Shown here: positions 38,301-49,208 of the stretch, piece by piece | How positions within the stretch are numbered: the stretch's first letter is position 1 | Layout of the letters: every line of letters begins with the position of its first letter | From: Cyanophora paradoxa CCMP329 | Taxonomy: Eukaryota > Plantae > Glaucophyta | Assembly: GCA_004431415.1 (NCBI GenBank) | Contig: QPMI01000618.1 | Location: forward strand, 37,311-101,310 | DNA: 64,000 nt | Direction of reading: 5' to 3' | Translations under genes and position numbers: made by a program | The notes under the pieces: model-generated | The model's input: only the letters and a program-made list of their open reading frames with translations | Told to the model about the DNA's origin: nothing | The model's database searches: none

Positions 38301-39120
38301 GGGGGGCGGGGCGCCGGGGCTCGAGCTCGGGGGCCGCACGTTGTTGTTGTGCTTCTCGTAGACGCCGGGCACGAAGTTCTCGAGCCCCGCGCAGGGCCGC
38401 CCGGGCCTGACGGGCGATCGGCGCTGGACCGGGTACGGCCAGCGATGGGAGGGAGAGGGGTACGCACCGGTCGACGAACTCGAGGACCCAGCACTGGATG
38501 AAGTCGACGGTCTTCGGCGGCTGCGGCGCGGCGCCGGCGTCGAGCCGGGGCGCCGCGAAGCGGGCACGGGCACGGGCGCGCCGCGCCGCACCTTGCGCTT
38601 GTTGAACTCCTGCGCCCAGTACCTGCGGCGGGCGCGGCTCGGTCGGCGGGCGAGGGCGGAGGCGGCCGGGGCGGGCGCCGGGGCGGGCGGCGGCGCACTT
38701 GGCGAGCATCTGCGATTGCACGTCGCGGAAGCAGACCTCCCGCCCGTCCGCCGCGTCCTTAGCGAACTTGGCCACGAACGGCGTGCTGCGGGACGAGGCC
38801 GAGGCCGGGCAGAATCAGGTCCCGGGGTCGCCGCCCGCTGCGGCCGCGCGCTCACCTCCCGCACACGTTGATCGTGCAGCGGAACGCCACGCGCATCGCT
38901 CCTTCAGCGAAGGGGACCTCATCTGCGCCGATCGAGGTCCTCGTAAGGCGAGGCGACTTCGTCAGCTCTCCGGGGGCGAGCGGCACACCGAGCACGACGT
39001 TCACTGGTTGCTTCTGCCACAGGCTAGTGACGGCATCGTACTCGTGCCTGCCGCCGGGTTGAGGGCGCGCGAGAAACGCCGGGACAGGGCTAACCGAATA
39101 CATCGCTCCCCGGACTGCAT
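35309..39120 (-). CDS. Alpha-kinase with C-terminal WD40 propeller (myosin heavy chain kinase-like architecture)
   Basis: MQSGERCIR-HEYDAVTSLW, PFAEGAMRVAF, FVAKF, LENFVPGVYEKHNNN, RNTPQAFSHFTYE, ILVCDIQGVNDLY-TDPQIHT, FGRGNLG, HRCNALC zinc site; WD40 repeats TGSADKTVK-VW, GHTDAVNSL..SGSADEHVRVWD, GHVGPVYCL..FSGSYDK. Confidence 0.93.
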
Positions 39121-39524
39121 TTCTCCCTCCTCCGGGAATCCTCGAAGCTGCAGCTAGCTTCTGGAGCCCATCCCACGTTGTGGCACCGGACTTCACGGCG
39201 GGCTGCCGTGTATGCGAGCGCGGCTGATCTACGGTCGCACTCTCCGAGCTAGCTGAACGCCGAAAAGAGCTCGTGCTCTGCTCCGGCCGACTGCGACCTA
39301 CGTTATGTACCCCCTCGAAAGTTTAACAATGCGTACCCCCGCAAGGATCGAGAAACAGCGAACCCGCAAGCGCGCATCTCCGAGCCACGTACGCGGTTAC
39401 AGGTAGCCAGATCGCAGACGCTCTCCTCCCTGCCGGCCGTACGTCCCCTGCCGAGCCAAACGGCCGCATGCGCACCCTAACGAAACGTAGGCGCCAGGTC
39501 CCCAGGAGCTGCAAGCAGCATAGC

Positions 39525-41713
39525 ATGGCCTTCTCTGTGCTCCCGGTGGCCTCTGTGGCTCCGCTCGCCGCCGCCTTACCGCGGACGGCCGATGTCCGGC
39601 CGCATCTGCTTTCGGCGTCATCGGCCGGGACGCTCAAGCCGCGTCGGCCGTTCGCGTCGGCCATTTCACCGCGTGCTTTCTTCGGCGGAGATGCCGTCTG
39701 CTTCCGACCTGCGAAGTCCGCCGGCCCCGCCCGCGGCCGGCAGTTCGACGTCGGCGCGACCGTGGACGTCCGGGCGGTCTCCACGCCGGCCCCGACGCCG
39801 GGGCCGCTCGGCGGCGGCGGCGCCGTCGGCTCGCCGCAGAGCTGGTCGACGTCGGCGGAGCGGCGGATGGCGCTGGGCGGGCTCATCGGCCTCCTCGGCG
39901 GCTGCGCCGGCGCCCTCGTCGGCCTCGGCGGCGCCTTCGTGCGCGCTTGAGCCGCCGCCGGGCCGGCGCCCCGCCCCGCCCTCTTTCGTCTCCGTCCATC
40001 CAAGCCGAGCCTGCCGTCCTCGCTCGCAGCTGATGGTGCCGCTGCTGGCGGCGTGGGCGAGGCTCTCGCAGCACGAGGCGCAGGGCACCGCCCTCCTCGC
40101 CGTCACCTTCACCGGTCCGATCCCCGCCCGGCCCCCTCGCAGCCTCTCCAGCCGCGCTCGGCGTCCGACTCTGCTCCGCTCCGCGTGCAGGGCTGGTGGG
40201 GGCCTACTCGTACGGGCTGCGGGGGGCGGTGGACCCCCTCGTAGCCGCCATCCTCGCCGCCAGCGGTCCGCCTCGAGCTCGCCCGCCGCCTAGCCTAGTA
40301 GGCCTCCGCCCCCGTTTCTCAGAGGGGGCCCCGCAGGCCTCTACTTCTCCTGCCTCGGCGCCGCCGCCACACAGCGGGTGCCGCGCCCGCCGCGCCCGCC
40401 TCTGCCGCCCGCCCCGCCGCGGCGCTGAGACCCGGCCCGGCCCGCCGGCCCGCCGGCCCGCCCGTGCAGGTGGACCCGGGGGCGATGAAGCGCTGCTTCG
40501 GCGGCTTCCTCCTCTTCTCCGCCCTCAGCATCCCCCTCAAGGTCCCGCCCGGCCCGGCCCCAGCGCCTAAGAAATTCGAAGCTGAGGACTCCGCACGGGC
40601 GGCGCGCAGTGGTACATCAGCACGCTCCGCTCGAGCGCCCCGGCCTTCAGGTCCCCCCCCCCCTCCCCCCCCTCTCTCGAGAGGCCGCCCAGCCGCCCTG
40701 GCCCGGCACGCGGTCCGAGGCCGAGGCTCCGGGGCGGGGCGGGCAGCGTGGAGACGGCGGGGCGGGCGGCGGGGGCGGTGCTTCGAGAGCTCCTCCAGCG
40801 CTGGCCCGCCGTACTCACCATCGCCATCATGGGCGCCCTCTCCGGTGCCCTGCCCGAGCCCGCCCCGCCCCGCCCCCTTCAAGCTTCCAGCCGCACCGCC
40901 CCCTGCCAGGCTGACTTGCGAGCGCATGCAGGCTTCTCGTCGGGGTTCCTGGGGGTGAGCATGGGGACGCTCGCCGTCCCCGCCCTCGTCGTCTTCTCGG
41001 GCCTCCCCCAGCAGCTCGCCCAGGCCCGCCCCGCCCCGCCCCGCCCGCCCCGCCCAGCTTATAGCTGGCTTAGCTTATAACCCAGCTTATAATTATAATA
41101 AGCTTTGCTTATGTCCCAACTTGAGGTTCGAGCGCGTTCGCAGGGGACGTCGCTGCTGGCGATGATCGTGCCGAGCATCGCCGGCTCCTACACACACCTC
41201 CAGTGCGCGCGCGGCCCGCCGGCCCCGCCTGGCGGATCCCTCCGCGTTTCCGTAACCGGCGGCATCCCCGCAGGCTGCACCACGTGCGGTTCGACGTGGC
41301 GCCGGCGCTGGTCGGGGGCGTCATTCTAGGCGCCGCCCTCGGCTCCCGCCTCGCATGCATCCTCCCCGAGCTCGTGCGCGGATTCGACCCGGCCCCGCGG
41401 GAGGCGCTCGAGCGCAGCGATCCTCCTAATGCTAGATCCTATCTTAAAGCAAGGGGCGCCCGCCCGCCCGTCCGCCGGCCCCGCTGACCGCTTCCGCCTC
41501 CGCATCTCGGCGACGGCAGGCGCTCGAATGCTAGATCCGATCTTAGGCGCCCGCCCGCGGCCCGCGGGTCGGCCTCACTGACGGCCGCGACCGCAGGCGC
41601 TCAAGGGCGTCTTCACGGCGATGCTCTCCTACTTCGGCCTGCGCGACCTCCTCGCCCGCCGCGGCTCCGGCTCGCGCCCCGGCCCCGGCCCCGAGCCCCG
41701 CCGCGAGCACTGA
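39525..41713 (+). CDS. TauE/SafE (DUF81) family membrane transporter with internal repeat and plastid transit peptide
   Basis: GGLIGLLGGCAGALVGLGGAF-LMVPLL..LSQHEAQGTAL and second half GFSSGFLGVSMGTLAVPALV..LPQQLAQ-GTSLLAMIVPSIAGSYTH; presequence MAFSVLPVASVAPLAAALPR. Confidence 0.88.
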
Positions 41714-42100
41714 TCATGAGCCGCCCCGCCGGGTTGAGCAATCTTATTCGTGTCCACCCACCAGACTTTTCACGTAGTCTCGCGTAATTTAGTTGAAATG
41801 TAGGGTGTTCGCGTCGAATTTTCCGGCAGCTTTAAAGCAGGCTCTAGTTTACAATCAATTGCAACTGGTAATTACAATGAATCCCCGACATTCCTTTTCA
41901 ACTGTAACTAGTCCATTGCGGAGAGAATTGAGAAGATTCGATTTGAGAGGATTTGATTTGATTTGCAAAAATCTATCCTGCCACCGGATCCTGAGTAGCT
42001 GGAGAGATCTAGAACTGAACTTGCTGCTGCAATTGAGCATGCCAGGCCTAGAAACACCTTTAACTTGCCGCTGCTGGATGGGAGATATCGGTCGATGCAC

Positions 42101-45100
42101 TCACGAGGCGAAGCGCACCCCCGGGGGGCGGTAGGGGCGCGAGGGGCGGGGCGGCGTCACTGGGGCCCCGCACGCAGCGCCGACGCCGCTGGGCGACACC
42201 GCCGGGGGCGGCAGGGCCCGGGGGGGCGTCGTGGGCGAAGGTGGATCCGGGCACGGCGCAGGCGGGTCGACGTCCGCCCACGCGCACGGGCCGTACCCCG
42301 GAGGGGCGCCGACTTCGCCCAGCTCAGGGGCGGGCTCGAATCTCGGCGGGAAGGACGGAAGCGGCGGGAAGCTGAAGCCGTGCGGCGGTTCGAACCCGCG
42401 ATCGGAGGGCGGCCGCGGCGGGTGCTGCGACGGCGGCGCCGACGTCGACGGGAGCGCCGCTTGCGGGGCGCCCGCCGGCGTCTCGTGCATCGGCTCTGCG
42501 GGAGCGGGGGGCGCCAGCGCTAGCGGAGGGAAGTGGGCTTCGTATGCAGCTGCAGCGTTCGCTGGAGCCAGCGGGCCTTGCGTGGATCGCGAGCTGGAGC
42601 TCGAGCCCATACGCGTGGTCGACTGCCCCGCGCTGCTGCCGGCGCCTCCAGGCCGGAAGGCGGCGCTGGCGGCGGGCGCCGGCGCCGGCGGGCGATCGAC
42701 GAGCACATGCGCGTGCGGGTGGCGCTGCGGCGGCTGCGCATGCGGCGACACGAGCTGCGGCGTCGCGGGCTGCGGCTGGCCTGGTTTCGCGGACAAGACC
42801 GAACTTGAATTCTGCAGCGAAACCCCTGGTCGCTCCAGAGGTCCAGCCGGCCGCGGGGGCAAGGGAAAACGCACGGCACCGGATCCGCGCCGCTCCGCAG
42901 ACGTCGACTCGGCCATTGCCAGTTTTTGCCGGGCGTGTGCCGCGCTCCCCATGTGCTGCGGTGTACCGTGCCCGTCAGGTATATATATATATTTCTTTGC
43001 ATGAATTGCGGAAATCCAGAAGGGAATGGGGCGCCTATAATTAATCAAGGACCTTGCGGTTAATTCGCCGCCCATCGCGGGTACCTGATCGCGCTGGGCG
43101 ACGCTGTTGAAAGCCTTCGAGCACACATCGCAGGTGAGCTCTTGGGACCGCGCAGCTGTCGGTCCGGCCGCAGAAGCCAGCTTCGAAGAGCTCGCGGCGC
43201 GAGGTTGCGCGCACGCCCGTGGCTGCGCATTAATTTTCCGCTGCGGCTCAGGCGGCGGGTTCCTCGCAGCGCTGGCTTCAGCCTGCTTGAGCCCGGACGA
43301 GCTCGCAACTGCCGACAACTTGGCTTGCTTCGAATTCGCGTCGGCGCCCGGCTTGCAAATCTGCGTGCGTGTGGACGCCGATTTCGCACGAAATTGCAAA
43401 TTTCGCGCAATCGCAAAATAATAATTTCAAAGTGTGCATTGAGCTCAAAGAGCTTGAGGTCGCAAAGGATCACCTTAAACGCGACTATCGTCGAGGAGCA
43501 CTGTGCAGTAGGGCACGCCGTGCCCACGACCTGCTTCCCGCGCTGCCTCTTCATCCTGTTCCTGCGGACGGAGTTGCAATATGAATTATAATGTCGAAAT
43601 CTCTCAGCTGCAGATATGCAGGCGGGGCGCGAAGCATAAAGCGCAGGCATACGTACCAGCACGTTTTGTGCAGCGTTCCGCACGCATCCCCAGCTCCCGC
43701 ACCAGGCCCGCCTTCAGCGCTCTTCTCGCAGAAGACCTCCACAAATCTTCGCTCGAGCGCGAATCAAGTTCGGAATTTTGTGGGAGCAACTCTGACAATT
43801 GCAAGGGGCTAGCGCTGTTCACGTTGCGCACTCTTCGGAGGGCTTGATGTCGCTTCCAAGGTCGCAGCTCGGATCGCAGCATTTGCGGGACAGCTGCAGC
43901 GCATGCATATCCCCGAGCACAGTACTCGCGTTCGACGTCGCCTGATCATGGGCCTGCACCGTTGTCGCAAATTAGAGCGGACTCGAAGCGCCCGTGACAG
44001 CGTAATTATGTAAATTAAAGTTGATGCGGTTTGATATCGCACCTCGAGCTCGCCTGAAATTCCGGAGTCGCTTTGGAGTGGCTGCTGTTCTCCTACAGCG
44101 TGCGCGGCGCTCCCTGCCCGGCTGTCCTTCGCCGGCTCCTCCGGCGATTCCGCCTGCTGCGGACGCGCCGCCGCCGCAGCGTGGATCATCCCCTGGGCTC
44201 TGAGCCGTCGTTCGCGCGCCCTGCACGGGCGCCACACTTTCGAATGAGCCTGGCCCTCCGACGCCGCAGCGCGCGACGTTCACGGACCGCTCAGCGAGGG
44301 TGCGCAGGTCGCCCTCTGCCCCCGGGGCCCCCGCGGACGTGGCGCGCTCTACGGCCTCGCACTCCGCCGCGCACTCCGCGTACCGCGCCAGCCCGTGCAG
44401 CGCCTCTGCGGCGACGTCGAGCGTCACGGGAAGCGGGCGGGACGCAGCCGGAGGCAGCTGCAGCGAAGAGGAGGACTGACGGGCGCGGCCGAGCCGGGCC
44501 TCGGCGTGGTCGGGAGAGTGCTGCGGGGCACGTTGTCAGCCCGCAGCACTCTTCCAACCGGGGGCGCGGGCACGGACCTTCAGCGCCGCGTCGAACGATC
44601 TGAGAGCGTCCTTCCATCGAGAGGCCTTCGCCATCGTCGATCCCAGCGATACCAGACGGCGCTTTGAGATGCGTTAGGGCCCGGCATCAGAGAATTCGAA
44701 GGGAAAACCGAATAGAGGACGAAGCGGCGCTTGCAATTTACAAGCGGCTTACAGCATTTGCTTCGTCTTCAGGCGCGGATTCAGCTTGTACAGAGCCGTC
44801 CTTGAAATCCAGTTGGACTTGCTGCTGAGATACCCCAGTCTCGAACTCCTGCGAGACGATGTTACATGCGCAGTATTAATGGGCGGTTTCGTTACAAAAG
44901 GCATCGGAAAGACCCCACGTAGGTATCATATAATTAGCATTATTAGCCAACACAACCACAAAGTTATAATTAATAATGCGAATGGTCTAAAAATTGCATT
45001 TACATCGTGAGCTTCGTTCTTCTTGGTTTGCGAGTGCGGCCGCTCCCCATGGCCAGCCGTGGCCAGCCGCGGCTCTCGCCATTCCGATATCGATTCCCGC

Positions 45101-46483
45101 GACAATCGATCGACATCGATGGGCTTGCCGTGGACGTCGACGAGGGTTAGGCCCGACTTGATCATGTGCGACATGGACCTTATACGTAGCATTATCAGGC
45201 CTGCAACTGATTTTGATGCAAGCATCCACGGAGGAAGCGAGCTTATGATTGCTCGAATGAATTCGTCAAGTGTCGCGTCGACTTCGGCCCAGTTTCGAAA
45301 GTTGATGTCGGGTTTCAGATTTTTTAAATTAACTAAATCGCATACTGCCGACACGTCAGAGAGTGGACGTCGAATTAAAACGGTTCAAATGTTGGACCGA
45401 ATGCCGAAATTGCAAATTAATGAACTAACATGGGGAAACGAACTGTTGAGGTTCGTCTGGAACCCAGTTCCTGCACGCATACGCACACGCTCATTGGCAA
45501 TTGCGGAATGGATCGCGAGTAGCTCTAGGGGCATTTTAAAATTTCATGCGGAATCTGAAGTTCTGAAGTTCGCGAGCTGCATATTTATTGGGATCACGCG
45601 CACGTCAAGCGAATGTTGGCTTGGACCGCTGCATTGTGCACTGCGCGAAATGCGCAGTCAAATTAAAAAGTTCTTTTAAATATTCAATATATATGACAAG
45701 TCGCAGCGCCGGTCGGTTGCGGGCCTTTCTATCAACTACTCACCTCGGCGGGTAACATCGATTAGCACATACACAGGAGTGGTGCATTCATCGCGAAGAA
45801 GTTGCAGCACATGCACAGGAGCAATGCATTTATCGCGAAGAAGCTGGATTGAAGGGCTGATCCCGCTACCAGGAACGGCAATGTGGCTGTCCTTGAAGGT
45901 CGATCGGGTATGCGGAACGGCAATGTGGCTGTCCTTGCAGTCCCGAAGCTGTTTCGCTAAATCGTGCATATTTAAGAAAAGCGCCGAATTCGCATCCTCT
46001 ACGTTCGGGCTAAACTTCAAGGCCAGAATCTCTAGATCGATGGGAATTTCGTTCAATTCATAGATCTGCGTTACCGTTAACGTTTCTGTCAGACTGGATT
46101 TGTCTTGAGGCAATTAAACACGCCCGTCGCGGCACGCGCGCGCCCGCTTTGCGAATTCGTACAAGTTGCTCATGGCTGTCGCTTCCGAGATGCGCACGGT
46201 CTGCGTGTTGACTTGTACAACGTCGGGAGCCTGTACAAACATGCAAACATGCAGGCATCACGTGAGTGTATATATGTGCATATGCATATATATACGTATG
46301 CATGCGCATGCGCAGCCGCGCGCGCGCGCGGCGCACCTCGGGCCCTCCACGCCCAACGATGTTCAGATTCACAACGGATTCTGGATTTCGAGTCAGAATA
46401 GGTTGCATCGAATCGGAATGCATCTGGACTGTCTAGATCTGGATTGCATCGAATTGGGTGCGCGTGCGCACTTGGATCTTCAT
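42101..46483 (-). CDS. Paralogue 1: unknown N-terminal domain + TPR-like region + TTC3/DZIP3-like Cys-rich domain + C2H2 finger + Pro-rich tail (start approximate; may be degenerate)
   Basis: CCDPSCDLGSDIKPSEECAT, FVEVFC..ACGTLHKTCW, GTACPTAQCSSTI; LTCDVCSKAFNSVAQRDQ-HMGSAAH; AKASRWKDALRSFDAALK and AEALHGLARYAECAAECE. Exon-by-exon homology to 49209-58176. Confidence 0.7.
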
Positions 46484-47300
46484 GATCCGCTCGCTTGCGA
46501 GCTTTCGGAGACATCTGAGAGCTCGAACGCGTACGTACGCGTCGGCGTGTGCGAGCACGCGCGCCCAGCTCAAGGCTGGTCGACGAGAGCTGCGGAGCGA
46601 GGGAGAGAGTGCTAGCGCACTAGAGCTAGAGGGAAGGGTAAATACAAAATTTCAAATTACAAGCCCACACTCACGTGTGGTAAGCCCTGCCAATGCATGC
46701 CTGCTCGCTCAGCCTCCCTGTCTGTCTTAGCGTCAATGAGGCTTAGATGAGAGCGCTCGGTAGGCGTAAACCTGGCGCTGCACCGTAGGCTGCACGCCGC
46801 TCCGGATCCGCCGCCTCCGTGCCTGCGGGTCCATGTCCGCGCTGCCGCAGTGCCAGTGCGGCGCCCTGAGAGCCTCGCCGCCGCCCGTGGGGCCTCCGCT
46901 CGGCCCACCAAGGTGCTGAGCCACGCTGCCAGGCCGCCGCGCTCCGAGGCTGCACCCCACCCGGCGAGCCACGGCGCCCGGCGGCTGCCCCGCGCGCCTC
47001 CGCTCTGCCCGGCGAGCCGCGCCGCCGCCCCTGGTGCCTCCGCCCCGTCCACCAAGTCATGCCGTCAGGCCGCTGCGCTCCGAGGCTGCGCTCTGCCCGG
47101 CGAGCCAGCGCCCCAGCCCCGGGCCCGCCGACACGTGCACCTTATAAATTATTCACCGCAGCGATACATTGGTACCGGCCGCGGTCGATGGACCCGGACC
47201 CCCCGGGAGCTCGAGCTCGAGGTGAGAAATATATATATATATATATATATATATTGGTCGGTGGAGCTCGATTTTTGGTGGAGCTCGAGCTCGAGGTGAA

Positions 47301-47350
47301 ATCTAGGGGGGGAAATATATATTATATATATATATATTTCCCCCCTAGAT
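47301..47350. repeat. Near-perfect inverted repeat with AT-alternating centre (cruciform-prone)
   Basis: ATCTAGGGGGGGAAATATATA..TATATATTTCCCCCCTAGAT; a related GAGCTCGAGCTCGAGGTGA + (AT)n block precedes it at ~47207-47255. Confidence 0.85.
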
Positions 47351-48383
47351 CTCCAAATTTGGCGTCGGCTGGGTTCTCGTGCTCTTCGGCCCCCAGAGAG
47401 CTTGCGCAAAGCTTGCAAAAGCTCTCAAATGAATACTGTATGGATGGACATGCGTGAGGATGCGAGGGCGCGCGGAAAGATGGGCAGGTTCGTCAAGGAT
47501 CGAATTCTCGGGGTCGGCTGGGTCCTCGCGGCCCGGCGCATCTGCAAAGCGCGCGGAAGGGTTTGTCTACATCTCAAATGCTTATACTATTGTTCCGCGC
47601 ATGCGCCGCGGCGTGGGCGCGCGGAAAGATGTCCGGGCCTGTGCAGGATCGCATTTTCGCCACTGCGTGCCATCCTGCGCTGTTCCGGCTCCGAAAAGCG
47701 AATCGCTGGAGTGCGCAGACCGTGCTATGTCTATGCGCGCCAGTACGCATCGATTGGGCGCGTCGCGGGACCGGGCGGGACCGGCTGGGTCAAAGTTTCG
47801 CCCGACTCTTCGGACTGGAGCGTCGACGGCGCCCGAAATCGAGCTTGGAGCGGTGCGCTCGCCCTCGGTTCTCATTCTGTACTGCTCTGGGGCATCCCTG
47901 GCGCACTTTCGTCGCGGGACCGGGCGGGACCGGGTCCCACTTTTTGGGGTTTCGCGATCGAACCGGGGTATAAATAGCGGAATCGATCCGTGAGAGAAAT
48001 TCGATTTTCGCTCGACGCCCACGGGAGAGCGGTCGTCTTAGGGGAGCCAGGGTCGAAATTGATTCATGACAGCTCTCGAGATTGCAGCGTACAAGTTCGA
48101 GATTCGATCCATGAGAGAGAGTGGATGGAAAGTGGCGTGATGTCATCGTCGAGGTGAGTGCGTGAATTGATTCAGGACGGGTAGTGGGCGAATATGTGGG
48201 ACGGACATTACAGGGAGAGAACAGGAATTTCGATCGCCGACTCGGATTTCCGAAATTGGCAGGGCTAAAGAGAGGGAGAGGTGAGGGGGATCCGGAGGGG
48301 AGGGGAGGGGTGTGTGTGTGGAAAATACTGCCTGCAGCTATCATCGAGGGGGCTCTAGATCTGGTCATATCATGACCATCGAA

Positions 48384-48426
48384 TGGGAGATCCTAATTTT
48401 CTAGCTATAGGGGGAATTCGAAAGGG
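48384..48426. repeat. 43-bp block identical to 58602-58644
   Basis: TGGGAGATCCTAATTTTCTAGCTATAGGGGGAATTCGAAAGGG at both positions, upstream of each paralogue. Confidence 0.9.
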
Positions 48427-48554
48427 GACGTCCGATACGGTCAATTAGGCAACTTGGCAAGCACATGCGCGAGGGATCAATTAGCCAACTTAGGGGAGGG
48501 GGAGGCCGGACGGCCGCGGGCCCGAAGGCATGCACAAGCAGTCGGTGAGGCTTA

Positions 48555-49124
48555 TTGCAAGGGGGGACGAAGACCGAAGGGCTTCTCCCAGCTTGCTTCC
48601 CGTTCCCTCGCTTCAGCCAAAATTTTTCTATGAGGCCGTTTTCGAGGGCCAGTATGCAACGCGGGGAAAAAATGAGTGGAAATTGGGTTGCGACACGTGC
48701 ATGTTTGTCGCTGCGGGCGTCCACGCAAAAAGCGGTTTTCGGGGGGGAAGACCAGTTTTCTCTCTTTCTATCTTCTCGTCTGTTCTCGACAGCTCTGCTG
48801 TAGTCTGTTCGAGCTCGCGAGAGCTCTCTCGAGCTCGAACTCGCGAAAAGTGGTTTTCGAGGGGAAAACCAACTTCTCTCTCACTCCGGGCTCTTCCTTG
48901 CGCGGTTCTGCATGGAACCACTTCTCCCTTGCTGTCTCCTCTATATTTCCGCTTCCTCGCACTGCGCCGCGTACGCCGCACGGTACCCGTGCCGCCTGGA
49001 CTACTTTTCACCGCATCAAGCTTGCACCGCAGCACCGCAGCACCGACGCAGCACTCTTTCATTAGCTATAGATCCCGGTTCCCCCCTTGCACCCCCGGCG
49101 CGAAAATCGCGGCCGGGCCACTAG
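48555..49124 (+). mobile_element. Non-autonomous rolling-circle transposon, copy B, 570 bp (same family as 30370-31895)
   Basis: A|TTGCAAGGGGGGA start; TCCCCCCTTGCA at 49080-49091; hairpin CCCGGCGCGAAAATCGCGGCCGGG; end CCACTAG|T. Confidence 0.85.
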
Positions 49125-49208
49125 TATTTACTGCATTCGATTCTTTTCGATTATTACATTTCGATTGCCGCAGTGCTGCTACGCTAGCTGGAAGCCAGGT
49201 CGATGCGG

